Shown one piece after another: positions 1-13,216 of a stretch of 64,000 bases of DNA. Position 1 is the stretch's first letter. Each line of letters starts with the position of its first letter. The stretch spans positions 321,912 through 385,911 of the forward strand of contig OZ199840.1 in the NCBI GenBank assembly GCA_964304625.1. Reading direction: 5' to 3'. Origin of the DNA: Kudoa neothunni. Taxonomy: Eukaryota > Animalia > Cnidaria. The notes under the pieces were generated by a model. That model did no database searches and had not been told where the DNA came from. It saw only the letters and a program-made list of their open reading frames with translations. The translations under genes were made by a program, and so were the position numbers.

Positions 1-329
1 TATATTAAATAATGGAATTTGGTCAAAAAAGTTGTTCATCTAATTTTTGGTTTTTATGACATAACATTTTCACTAAATTCAACTAATAAATAATATATAA
101 ATTATTTATTTTTACATATATTATTACATAGAGCTATAATGTATATTTTAAAGTAAAATTTGAAAGAATATCTTCTTTGTAACATTAGAAATGAACGGAT
201 TACATTTAAGTCGTGATATCGACAAACTTGAATTCTAGCGTTGCAAAGTTAACAATAAATATAGCAAAACATTCGTAATCAATATGAAAGTTAACAATCG
301 ACTTTAATATAATTAAATTAATTAGAATT

Positions 330-2721
330 TTTATTTAATTTGGCGGAGACTTTTCCTTTTTCGTTGTCTCTTAATTGCTGTCAAGCCATAACCTTTAGGC
401 CTCCCAACTGCCTTAACTTTACTAGGAAGTGTAAGATCTAAAACGTAATAATACTTTCTACATTAAGTTATATACCTTTTAATTCTGGAGGGTTTATTGA
501 TTCTCTGTTTTCGACATCAGTTATGTCCGGATTAGGAGCGGTTCCAATTACATCCTTTTCAAGTGGCTCAGGTGGAGGTGTATCCTTTATTGGCGGGATT
601 ACAACAAGACTACTTTCTAATTAAACAAATTCGTTATGTTTTCATAACTTAAATTTATGCTATACCTGAGGAAGTTGGTGCATTGAAGTCAACGTCACTA
701 TCATACCCATCAATACCTGCCTCTAAGAGTGTGCCAAACTCTAAATTAAATCATAGTTTTCAAACGTTGAAACGTTTTACCTATCAATTTCTTCAAAGCC
801 GCCAGATTATGATTTTTAATAATGTTTTCACCCACTTTGAATAATTTGATGCAGTGATCGAAATATTCCCCGCAATACTCAGCAGAAGACGAGGATAATT
901 TATTGGTATATACATTAGCCAACTTCATGCGTTTGGAAAAAGTGGTTATAATATCATGTTTCTTTTTTTATAACAATACCATTTGGGGTGATGTTTTGAG
1001 TTGAGTCATTTTTAGTTTCGACAAAATTTGATATATGTTCTTTGTTCCATCCGGGATGATATATACGTGGGTCAAACAATGGTAATAATGATTTTGATCT
1101 TTGTGTCAGAATGTGTTGGCAAGGTAGCTCATAAGATCGATAAAACTTACATGTACAAAAATTGATAGTAGAATTATAATTTAATCCACAATCAAATTTT
1201 GTTTGCATCTTTCTCAATTCTTTAATTACAAGTTTACAGGAGAATGAAGTTAAGTGATCCCAATACTTTTTTTCAACCTCATTTTCAATATTCCTAGAGG
1301 ATGTCTTAGATAATTCTGTCACTATACGGCAAATTTTTTCTGTTCTGAATGAATTCAAAAGAATAAAGAATTTATTGAAAAAATCTTCCAAAGTAGAGAA
1401 TTTTTTTATCACGCTCTTCAGTTTTGAATTAAGAGCTTCTAGTCGATTATTCGTTAAATTATTGTAGAAGTGTCGAGCTTTACTGAATGATATGATCCAT
1501 TGTGATTTAATTGGATTCCAATTTTTCTTGAAATAGATATTGAAATCCAAAATATTATAACTATAGAGCTCATCACATAAGTCTTCATATTCCATTACAT
1601 TTTTAGCATGCATCATTTTTTTAAGGGTGAATAACATAGATTCTTTTGTTTTATTATTAATATTATATTTCGTAAGTTTTAACTCTCGTTGAAAAATCTT
1701 TATAACGTGAAATTTACAAATAAACATTTCGGCATTGGGAAAATGATTCTTCATAACTTTTCGAAGCTTTAAATCCTTTCAGTAACAATCGAAAGGATTT
1801 TTTCTTTTATCCAAGGAACAATTGAAATCAATTCATTAATGTACCAGTCAACTACTACTTCAGTCTCCTCAAATATCATACACGCACTATTATATGTCAA
1901 ACCCATAGAGTCTTCAGAAACCGTCAGGTACAAGGGAGCCCTAAAATTAGGTTAGATAGATAACTTTAATATTTTAAAATAATAAAAATAACCGCGAATC
2001 AAGTAATTTGTAGGTTGCATCAATTGACAGATGTTCTGGAAAAAACGAAAAAACATCCTTCATTTTTTCATCCACGAATAGAATTGCACTAACTTGGTTT
2101 GTTTCACCTGCTAGTATTCTAACATCACAATTATAATCTTCCTTTAGTAATTTATAAAGGAAGTTCATATCAATCTTCTGCGTGGATAGATTTTTGTTAA
2201 TATTATGTATAGACTTCAATGTTATCATCTTACCGGTTTCTTGTTGGATTTTGGATTGAATCAATTTTTTGTTTGCGCACAAAGAAACTAGTTCCGATAC
2301 CCTTTGATCATTACGATTCAATTTTCGTTGTGGAGGCAAAAATTTAAAAAAAGTTTGGTTGGTTTCATGACTGTGGCTTAAATTGAGTGATTTTACTTCG
2401 AGAGTTTGTCCGTCTAAACTTTACTCTTAGTGATACATGAACAGGACAGGTGTCTTTCATGGTTTGTTTTTCTCGAATACTCTTTGACTTGTCTCGATAT
2501 TGGTCACTAAAATAACAAACATATTTGACGGAGTAGTAATTTAAGTTTTCGTTGAATTTTTTGGTGAGGACTCGCTTTATGTTTGATAGTTTTTGTGAGT
2601 CGCGCTTAATCAAGACACAGTATGATTGCTGTTCAAAATTTTGTATAAACTCTTCTAATTGCGTAAAAGAGTCAAATTTTTTACCTACTTCAAATAAATC
2701 AATATCGGTTCTATTTGCCAT
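330..2721 (-). mobile_element. Mutator-like (MULE) transposase with SWIM zinc finger, frameshifted
   Basis: Consecutive minus ORFs 2721-2365, 2339-1974 (FFPEHLSIDATYKL, first catalytic D), 1754-954 (CKFHV; SWIM CTCKFYRSYELPCQH) and 928-746; basic C-terminus GRPKG near 400. Element ends not resolved. Confidence 0.8.
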
Positions 2722-3419
2722 TTTCCGTACATGCGCCGCAAATATTTTACTTTAATTTTACAAATTTTCTAATTAAAATTATTATTAATCAATATTTACC
2801 TAACATATGTTTATATGAAACAAGTGTAATAATTTTAACTTTCTGATTTTCTTGAAACTAAACTTAATTTTTCCAATATTAATGGAAAAGTCAATACAAA
2901 AAATTTGTAACATAAATAGATATTTTAGGAGATCAATGTATGTTAAAACAATTATAAAATTTCAGAGTTGAACTATTAGTAATTTTGGAGAAATTAATTG
3001 TCGTGTCAATAGCCAGACCCGGCAAGGGATTATACACTAGCGTGTCAATAGCCACTGTCAATTCAGAAACCTAATTTTTAAAAATGATGATATTAATTTG
3101 TTTTATCCTGCAATGATTGTATAATATTGGAAAAAAATTACTAAGCGATATTTTTATTGTTTTTTTAAGTTTTTTTATATGTCAAAATTTGGTAACAAAT
3201 AATTCTCCAAAAAATGCTAATTGAGAATATTACGAGATATAAAAGTATACGTGTTAACTAAAGTTATTTATATCAGTACACGTAAAATTTCCTCTAATAA
3301 AGTAATAACATCGTATAATTGACTTCAAGATATTTACCTTTTAAAATTAAATGCTTATCTCTAATATAGTGTTGATTTATTTAAAAAAATTTTATTAGTT
3401 CTATCGGAGATTATAACTA

Positions 3420-5465
3420 CAGTCGAGATTGGATATTGCGTGACTGGATATTGCGTAATTAGAGATTTTTAAAGTTATCCTTTAAAGAGAGAAATTTAGT
3501 TTTTTCAAATTGTTATTATCTTATTGTAATGTAAAAATATTTGTTAACAAAAAATTTAAAAAAATTTATTAATACAAAAAGTCTCGTTATTGCGTGGAAA
3601 TTTTTTATTGCGTGGTTGTTAGGCGCAGCGTGACTCGTTATTGCGTGGTTTTTTGTGGTCAATTGGTTTAATTCAGATAGTGTTTTTTCATTATGTCCCG
3701 TGAACAACGCAATATTTCAGAGAAAATGGAAATCATCCATTACTACAATTCAATAAAAACGTTGAAGGGTGCGAAATCAATGACAATTTCCAAGTTTAAA
3801 TTGAGTGGTATAGTAGTCTTCTAATGAATAGTATTGTAAAATCACATTTAAGGTCATTCAACACTTGATAGAATTCTTTCGCACGAAGATAAATTCAAAA
3901 ATACAGATATTGAAAGTAAAAGGAAGAGACATTCGGCAGGCAGATTCAAAAATATAGACGATGAAGTGTATGATTGGTTTGTTAAACAACGGTCGAATGG
4001 TAACGTTCTGTCAGGAGATGCCATTATCAAAAAAGCTTCTTATATTGCAAATGAAAACAAAGTTTCCAATTTTAAAGCCAGCAAGGGATGGCTTGCAGGG
4101 TTCAAGTCAAGATATGGGATAGTTTTCAAAAAGTTCCATGGCGAGGCTGCGAGTGCAGATGTTGCATCTGTCGACTCATGGATTATTGAGAACATTGATT
4201 TGATTAGAGCATATAATCCAAAAGACGTTATTAACATCGACGAAACTGCTCTTTATTATGAGCAGTTACAAAATAGTAGTTACGTTTTAAAGGAGGAAGT
4301 CGGGATTAAGGGGAAAAAATTATCCAAAAAAAGGGTGACTGTTTTACTGTCCTCAGCTTTAAATGGGGATAAGTTCCCATTAGTTGTTATCGGGAAATTT
4401 CAAAATCCTAGATGTTTTAAAAGAGTCAAACACCTCCCTTGTGAATATTATGCACAAAAAAAGTGCATGGATGACTTCTAGTATATTTATCGAAATAATG
4501 AAAAAGTTTAACCGAAGGATGATAAATCAGAATAGAAAAGTCTTAATTTTGTTGGACCAATGTCCAGGCCATCCAAAAAATATTGATTGCTTTGAAAATA
4601 TCAAATTTTTGTTCTTACCTAAAAATACAACTAGTATTTTACAACCCCTTGATTTAGGCATCATTCGCTGCCTTAAAAGCAGGTACAAAAGTTCAATGAC
4701 CGAGCGAATGGTTTTATGCGAAGATTCTATCATAAAAAAATATACATTGCTTGACTCAATGATAACATTAACTAAATGTTGGGAAAGTATTCCGCCGCAA
4801 ATTATTATTAATTGCTTTAAAAAATCAAAAATATTTGGAGGTATTAAATAAAATTACGACAATAAAGTTATTATCAGTTTATAGACCAAGAAGATGTGAG
4901 TGAGATACCTCAAATCAGCAACTGTTCTCAAGGTAATATTTAACGTATACGTAATTAATTTTTTCTAGATGAAATCGAAGATTCAGAAAATATGTTTGAT
5001 GACGATTATGAAGCAACATGCGAGGAAGAAAATAATGAGGACTTATTGCCCATAAGTGACGAATCTGACGATAGCGAATCAATCATTGAAGACATCAAAG
5101 TTTCAATTAATCAAATGAAAAATGCAGTGAACGTTCTGAGGGAAGCTTTTATTAAAGAGGATCCGAGGGGATTGTTTGATTTACATCCCATAATGGACCG
5201 AGTTTAAAAATATCAAGAGAAAGATTCCGACAAACTAAAATTACAAAGCTTTTTCGACAAAATTTGATAAATCACATTTCATTTAATTAAATAATATATT
5301 TATATATAAAAATTTGATTTTCACTAATTGGCATCGGACGTAAACACGAAAAAATCATATTTTATAGTACACTGCGCACGCAAAGGTCTGGATATTGCGT
5401 AAAAATTTTTTATTGCGTGGGTTTTTGTTGGTCCCAGAAACCCACGCAATATCCAATCTCGACTG
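3420..5465 (+). mobile_element. Full-length Tigger/pogo DNA transposon
   Basis: Perfect 23-bp TIR CAGTCGAGATTGGATATTGCGTG at 3420 and its reverse complement ending 5465; TA on both flanks; internal TATTGCGT sub-repeats. Confidence 0.93.
3693..5268 (+). pseudogene. Tigger transposase (CENP-B-type HTH + DDE_1) with two tiny introns and several 1-nt frameshifts
   Basis: FKASKGWL..FK.RY, NIDETALYY, LLDQCPGH, LPKNTTSILQPLD.GII; introns 4841-4884 and 4933-4968 join the DDE ORF in frame to the acidic tail ORF 4992-5207. Confidence 0.85.
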
Positions 5466-5719
5466 TATTATATAAATTAACGGCGGCTTCACCACTTTGT
5501 TAAGTAAGCTCTATATTGTTCTACTGTCGGACCTGAACAAGCCGCGTGTGTGTTTATTCTAAGTCTGAGTGAGCGTGAAAGAAAACACAAGTTATAAGAA
5601 AATGCATTTTAAGAGCACGTGGTTAAGTTCTTGTTTAAAACTATTCATATTTAAAAACCAATAAAAACATGTATAGATAAAATTTAACATCGTAAACATT
5701 TTCTTTTATACGATAAAAA

Positions 5720-8081
5720 TACGAAACGAAACCGATTTATGAATGATTTTCAAAACGAGTTAAAGAACAATTCAATGTTTGTTGAAAGAAGGTGGAGGTT
5801 ACACGTGTATCCGACTGCGTTCGGATGAAAAATTCTTATTATTTTAAAGTCATTATTTTGAGCTGAATTTTTTATCTCAATATTCTTTCATCTTATTATC
5901 AAGAATCGTGAAAAACATGCACGAGAGGACGTTTTTTAGGTGCCGCATACTTTAATATTACTAAAAATATGTAAAAATGTAACTGATGCAGCATTTTAAA
6001 AAAATAAACTAGTTTTTAAAATATTAAAGGGGTAACAAATGTGATGCAGTACTTATGTGCAAAAAAAGTTCGACTAGTACATTGCATGCACACGCTAAAT
6101 TACATGGGATTGATTCGAAAAATAAGTTGTTGCAATCGCTGATATTTTTCTATTGAAATTTAGAAACATACAAATAAAACCCGTTATTGAAAGTTTTGCG
6201 AGAAAAATTCTTTGGGATTTTAACCTGAATAGTGATATTGCCAAAATTGCAAGAAGTACCACCATAAGACGATTGTTGAAAAAAGTTCACAATAAAGAAA
6301 TCTCAGTATCCTATGATGAAATTTTCGATTCTTGCGTAAAAGTAGAAGCATCTATGGTGAGCAAGATAAAAAAAAAATTTTCCGGTACCAATTCAAGACC
6401 TGCGCTCTGTTCTGATGAGTGGACGTCAAAGTCTAAAAAAACGATTTCTTAATATCCAAGCATATTTCGAAGACAAAAAAATTTCGCTCGGGGTTATTAG
6501 AGTCACTGAAAGGTGTACAGGCGTAGAATTGGCGTCCTTAATCAAAAACCAGTTATCGAAATTTGGCGTTACGTCCTTATTTATGTGTACCGATGGAGCG
6601 TCAAACATGGCAAAATGCACTTTTGAGTTAGGTTTTCAGCAGATAAAGTGCATGCTACATGGAATAAATTTAGGTAGATTGAATTATTAATTGACAAACC
6701 TACATTAACGTATAGCTGTAAAAGACACAATGTATGAAGAAGCTAATAGCCAGCAGCCAAAAAAATATCGAAACTATAACTGACGAGCTGGAATTTGATG
6801 AGCAAGAATTTGTCCTTGTGCCAAGTTTCTTAGATATTTTATCTCGGGTGAGGTCAGTTGTCAGTTACTTTTCAAGATCTGGATTGGCTTCGGACGCCTT
6901 GAGAAAATCATGTGAAAGAAAAGGCATTAAATACCTATCACTGAATATCGATTGTGTGACACGATGGTCAAGTTGTAACGATATGTTAGTCAAATTTGTG
7001 AAGATGTTCGAGGCCATTGAAGACACTTACATGATTTTGGAAACGGATTTACTGATCGAAAAAGATGAAATTATTTTGGTCAATGTAATTATCGATAAAG
7101 ATATTGTGAAAATAACTGCATGTTAAGGAATTAACATCATGTCTGGAAATTGTGCATCGCGCCGTTCTTAAACTTTCAGAGTCACAAATAAATCTTGCAC
7201 AACGTGACTTATACTAACCAACACAGTTGAGGATCTCTCTCTTATTGACGGAACAATTTCAGAAAAATTTAAATGAAATTTATCGAACGCTGCTTTGAAC
7301 GACGCACCACTTGGTCTGACATATTTATGTTTTTGAGCTTCAATTCAAACATTTGTGAAAAGAGTTTATTCTATAGAAGACCGTCAAATTTTGAGTTACA
7401 AGAAGCAATGAATTTCATCGAACCGAATGATCAAATCCACAACCATATGAACCTTCGGAAGCTGAAATGGATTTAGATGATTTGATAAATTACGCGGCCA
7501 GGCCGAAAAAGTCAAAATATTGTTCGGATTCCGACGAAATTACCAATTTTATTAATCACGGGTGTGATGTCAGATCGTTTAGAGAGGGTTCGTAAAACTC
7601 TCTCTAATATAAGGCCTACAAGTATTGACTCAGAAAGATGTTTTTCCCTATGAAACATGAAACCGTGTTATTTCCCCCTTGAGAACAAAACTGAGTGATT
7701 CGAAACTTGAGACAATTGTTTTTATTTATGAAAATAGAAATAACTAAATTGAAATTTGAACTATAGAATTTTTTATAATGCGATTGAAAAAATTTTAGCT
7801 TAAATATATATAATCGTTTTTAAAGGTAATGACAAAAAATGTTAAATAATAAAATTAATTATAACAGTAAAAGTTCACATAAAAATTAATTCTATTCTAA
7901 AATAATCCAAAATTTGGTTGAAAGAGTATGTTTAACAAAGAGTGACTAAAATAAGATTTCATTCTATCACATATTTAAATTTTTTTTCTTGAACAAAAAT
8001 TTACAATGGTAATTGAAAAAATTATTTATGAAACCGAAAACCGTTTTAGAAATAACCGAAACCGAACCGTCTTAACCCCTA
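5720..8081 (+). mobile_element. hAT (Ac-like) transposon with frameshifted transposase
   Basis: Motifs SDEWTS, TDGASNM, CMLHGINL|AV (intron 6674-6715), DCVTRWSS, PTSIDSERCFS; right end AACCGA repeats then TAACCCCTA ending 8081. Left end uncertain. Confidence 0.8.
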
Positions 8082-8871
8082 GTAATTCATACTATAGAAA
8101 GCATACGATTTCCATAAAATTTTTGCAATTATGAAAGTTTATTGTCTTAGAAAGCTTTTTTTAGTGTTCTTACGATCTATCAAATCAAAACGACATTATG
8201 AAGTTACTTAATATTCAATAACAACCTTGAAAATTCCATCATATTATATTTCCCCAAAAATTTGAAATTATTTGGAGAAAAAATCATTTATTACAAAAAC
8301 GAAACTGAAATTTTTATAGACATGTTAGTTTTCGAGTTATTTCTTCCCGTTGCAATAGCCACTGCCTTTTTACTTCTGTCCCTCATTTCACCACCAATAG
8401 AAAACAAAAGTCTCAACGTACCTGAATAAGTTACGAACCACACGTCACAACATTATAATCCAGAAAAAAACTTAATTAATTTAGAAATATTTTATTTATA
8501 TTCATAATGCTTAAATAAATGTTTTTAAATAGTTCGAGAAATAAATATCTTATCATAATCTTTTGTGTACGTTAATTTTGTAATATTTCCTCAAATTACG
8601 AACTACACGTCACCCACTGTAATAAAAACTACATCTAGAATTAGGTCACAAAGAATTAATTCGAAGTCAATGTAAGATGGACAAAAATCTTTTGAACTCA
8701 CATAATTTTATAAAAATAACCATCGGATATCCTATTTTCTCTCTAAAGTCGCAAGCGAAATTCAAAAAACAATAAATTCAACCAATTATTCAAAATATAA
8801 AATAATGCCACGTGATCGAAAAATTTCTATCTTAAATACTACCTATTAACTATAGTTAAAAAAAAATTAAT

Positions 8872-11800
8872 CTAGTCTCTTTTTTTCTTCAATAGCACGA
8901 TTCCAACTATCGCTACAACCATGACCACAGCAACACACGCAATAATGATTCTATAAAAGGTTAGTTCATGTATCAGCATTTAAGAATGTTTACATAAGTT
9001 TGGTTTTATTCCTAAAAAATATTTAATAAAATAAAAAAATATTACTAAGCTCACCCTGAGCTACTTTTTGCTCCTACGATAATTATAACATTAAATCACA
9101 CTGTGAACAAATAATATACCTTGTTGTATGTCAGCAACGCCAAAAATTGTAGCATCTTCAACATTGTAAACAGTCAAATAATAGTCATTTCCATCAGGTA
9201 AATTATTTATTTTGAATTCTTTACAGGTTACAAAGGCAGTACATCTGTCTACGCTTCTTCCCATGCAAGATTTTACTACGGCATTAGATTTGACACTACT
9301 GTTACGTAACTCCCATTTGCATTTTGATTTATCGTTCATACTGGATGGAACTGTGGTGGTTACAATGAAACTGTCCCCATCACGTGTAATGACGACTGAT
9401 ATTAATTTTGAGGAGTCCGTTGGGTTTACTTGTGGTGCAGCTAATACAAGTTTCGTTTAAAAAATTCTTAATAGAGACATTAATTGTAATACTTGGTTCT
9501 ATGATATGCTCTTGTTGTGAAGATTTTCCGATAGCTGTGACTAAAATTTTGTATGTATTTGCCGCTTCATACTCGGGAAATGTTATGGAACTGCAAGTAG
9601 GATTTGAAGAACAGGTGTTTGCGCTGTTCGCGACATCAGCAAGCTGTGTATCTGAAGTATCTGCGACTGAAGAATTCGCTTCTGACATTGGACCATCATC
9701 TGCTGTCGTCGGTATGGCAATTCTAGCTATGTTGAGATCCGCAGAACTTAAACTGGAAGTAGGAGCTGAAGCGGGTGGTGGTGCTACCGGGGCGGTAACA
9801 GGCGTCGCTACTTCCGACACCACTGGACATGTGTAATAATCTATGTAATCGCTACCAGTTTTCTTCTTTACGATATAACTGCATGTTGCAGTTGGATCCA
9901 CGGAATTTAATCTTGCCTTCAATGACAAACCATCCAATGTGATCTTGTGTGTTATCGTTAACGTTGTTAATGCTATAAAAATTTTAAAGAATAAATTATA
10001 ACTTCAATAACCTGTTTGTATATTTGTGTAATCTTTTATGTCGTAATCCTTATGGGCGATGACCCTGATGTCATAAGGTTTGTTTGGCTCAAGGTTTTCT
10101 ATCGTAACTTGTTCACTGCAAATTCCTCTACACGGGGTGTTGCCATTGCATTTTCGCATGGAAAAAGCTATCCATTCCAGTCGGACTCACCAAATACTCA
10201 CAGGTAGGTTCATTTTTCTTTTGTTCAGCTTCAGTTGCGGTAGCAACCATAGCTGTAAGAGAGACTGTCGTGTCTGTCTTTGTAGGATCAGTAGTTCCAT
10301 ACGCTTTACCATCTCCGATTTCTTTATGAATTGTTATTATTATATAAAATAAATATAATGATTCACTCGTTCTTATGAATATATGTTCTTTGAAACCACT
10401 TGGATCATTAATTCCACCAAATGTAATCTCAATTACGTACGCTTTTCCTGCTGAAAGTCCCTCAATTACCAATTTTGAGCAATCAGTGTTGCAAGTGGTG
10501 CTGCTGCTCTGAGTGGTACATGTTGTGCCGGTTGGGGTGGCTGGCTTTGGTTTATCAGCAAAATAATGTTTAAGAGTACATATATTAATTTGTGGATTAG
10601 TTCCTTCTTTAAATGGGGTACCGTCAAACGAAACGCCAACATTAGTATAAGTAGAAAGAAATCCTCCAGCTGGTTCAGTAATTGCTAATGAAAATAATGA
10701 AAAATTCGTCTTAATGTAAGAATTACCGAATTTAGTTTGCGTGTAACCATCCGGACTATCACCGGTAGCTTTTATGTCGTGATACCTTGTTTGGATTAGA
10801 ATTTTATAAATCTTTTTATCCGCGATGCCATTAAGTTCCACGTACTTACATGGGGCGTAACAATCTTTACCGGCACCACCACAAACGGACGTATATGATT
10901 GATCAGTTGCTGCATTCAAACCATCTTTTAGACGGAACAAACATATTTCAGACGACAAGGAATTAGTGAATTTAATTCCAACTTTGTTTTCAATTTTAGT
11001 TACGATATAAAACTGAGGCTCATAAATGGCTATGTTTTTCTTCATATATTGATTGGGCATATCGTAAAAGAAACTGGGGTAATTTCCGCACTTCACTTCG
11101 TAATGAGGTAACAATAAATCAAAATCAACTGTGTTTGCTGTATTATCATTAATACAATCTGTCCCTTTGTTACCATTTACATATTTAATATCTCTATAAA
11201 TAAATAGGACAATCTACAGGTGCGCAAGTTTTTGCTGCGAATTTCAGCTGCTCATTGTCTTTAGACACAGTTATTTGTGGATTAGCCAACAACGCTATAT
11301 AAATTTATTTATATATTGAATTAAATCGGTATACGTGTTGAAAATCCGAATACTTTTCCTCCTGTTGTTCGACTTCCTCCTGTAACATCCCCGGCGCTAT
11401 TCCCGACATGGACGTATATGTATTTGGTTCTTGGTGATAGCTTTTCATAGGTGATTTTATTTTCATCAGTATTACAAATGACAACACATTTACCAGTAAC
11501 ACTAGTTTCAGATTCATTAACATTAGCAGCGCAGCTAACAATGTCTGTAAACTCAGCTAGTATTGTCTGTCCAGTCTGAGCCGCTGCAATTTCTGCTTCT
11601 TTAGATCGCATTATATAGGCACCTCTGGACATTTCCATAATCTGAACCTCCAAGATTGAGTTTCATTTTGTCTGGGTCAGTGCGTGATCCTTTCACAACC
11701 TGGGTATTTGTCAATGTTTTCGTTGGTGCTGCAGATGCATATGCAAACTTGAGGAATTGTATCTCTAGTAGCATTGGCTATGCTTGATATTAAAACACCT

Positions 11801-11872
11801 AAACTTACATTGGTATTAAAATTAACATAGGAAGATACCTAAAACAAGGTAGAGAAATACGGCTATTTTCAT
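8872..11872 (-). CDS. Variable multi-FN3-like type I membrane protein, copy 1 (10 exons; at least three +1 frameshifts in exons 2-3)
   Basis: ATG at 11872 (MKIAVFLYLVL|GVLIS); same intron positions as copy 2; ends VGIVLLKKKRD*. Frameshifts near 11750, 11615 and 11200 may be sequence errors. Confidence 0.85.
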
Positions 11873-11967
11873 GGTTGACAATTAAATGACCTACTAATTG
11901 ATGGTTCGGAATGCAATTGACCCGAATTTCACTTATTTATGGATATAATGATTCATTCATTGTCAGA
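11873..11967 (-). promoter_or_regulatory. Conserved upstream element of the membrane-protein family (copy 1)
   Basis: CTGACAATGAATGAATCA...GTGAAATTCGGGTCAATTG(C/T)ATTCCGA...CATTTAATTGTCAACC-ATG, shared by all five copies. Confidence 0.65.
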
Positions 11968-13216
11968 CGGCAATATTTAGACTAGGCAACAATTATCCAA
12001 GTTACTACAAAATTAATCTAAATCAATTTTTTGCAATCTAGCTTAAATCGTTGTGGTATATTAATTATGACTTATAATGGAATTAAAATTTCTCCATGAT
12101 AAATTGTTATTACGGAAATATCGAAGTATAATGTTAAGTTTTAGCAAAATAATGATAATATTATTTATTATAGTGAGTATTCAATGGTAATGATGTGCTT
12201 ACCGTTTACCAAAATTCGACATCCTGTCGTGACTTTTTCCGAAGATATAGTTCATTCATTCTAAAAAGTTTCAGCAGACAAAAATAAATCAATTTTTTTG
12301 TTTTTAGTGTTCCTAAATTCGTTGTCTTAATCCTCGATGTGGGGCATTAATCTCTTTACAATAATATTTTGAGTATTGTTTTCCAGGTTTAACACATGTA
12401 AATAAACATTTTTGTCAACGTATTCTATCTAATTACTAAAAAATAATTTTTTAAACACGTGGAATCCCTTTATTTGCAGATTTAATCAATTAAAAATGGG
12501 TAAGGAGACGGCTATTAAATTTCAACCGCTAAACTTCATTTATTTTCGCCGATTCTCTCACGATAATTTTTTTACAATTCTACATGTTGGACAAAATCGT
12601 TCAATTCTCAAAAAATTTAGTTATAAAATTTAATAAATCATCGGATTAATCTCCCAGTTGTGTTATTTAAGCCTGTATTATATATATTAGGATTTAAATT
12701 GTTATTTCCTACTTGTATCATGTATACTTCATAGTTATGCACTTTTCATTGTCCATAATGAATCAGATATTTTTTACCAAATGATCAGATGGAATAGTTC
12801 GCGTTAATAATGGTTAGATTCACAATTCGATGGTGTAAAACTAAGGTAACTCCCCGAACTGGTACTTTGTTTCGGGTTGGAATTTGTTTTATCATCCCCA
12901 AAACATAACAGTGAAGATGATATGTATGATTATTTACAACTGGAACATGGATGAAACTATTCTATCCGCCTTTGAAAATACTAATGTAACCACAAGAACA
13001 CCGGGCTATTGTTAAAAAATTAAGAATATTCGTGCGTTTAATGTTCATAAGCGTAAGCCTTTTGATGGTAAAAAGCATTTCATTCAAAATGAAAAAATAA
13101 TCCTTCACGGAAAGCAGAAAATTATTGGGTCGTTGGCCGGCACCTTATATGAATTTTTTTGAAAACTATGGCGTGCCAATTATTTATCATTTCATCAAAT
13201 TATGTATCGCAGTAAC

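Noticed and set aside
3560-3660. Short spaced repeats TTATTGCGTGG resembling a CRISPR or iteron array
   Set aside because: Subterminal copies of the Tigger TIR motif; eukaryotic context and no cas genes.
9408-9836. Antisense ORFs repeated over each gene copy (e.g. 9408-9836, 25336-25671, 56102-56437, 25724-25972)
   Set aside because: Shadows of the GC-richer sense exons; they recur only because the sense genes are paralogous.
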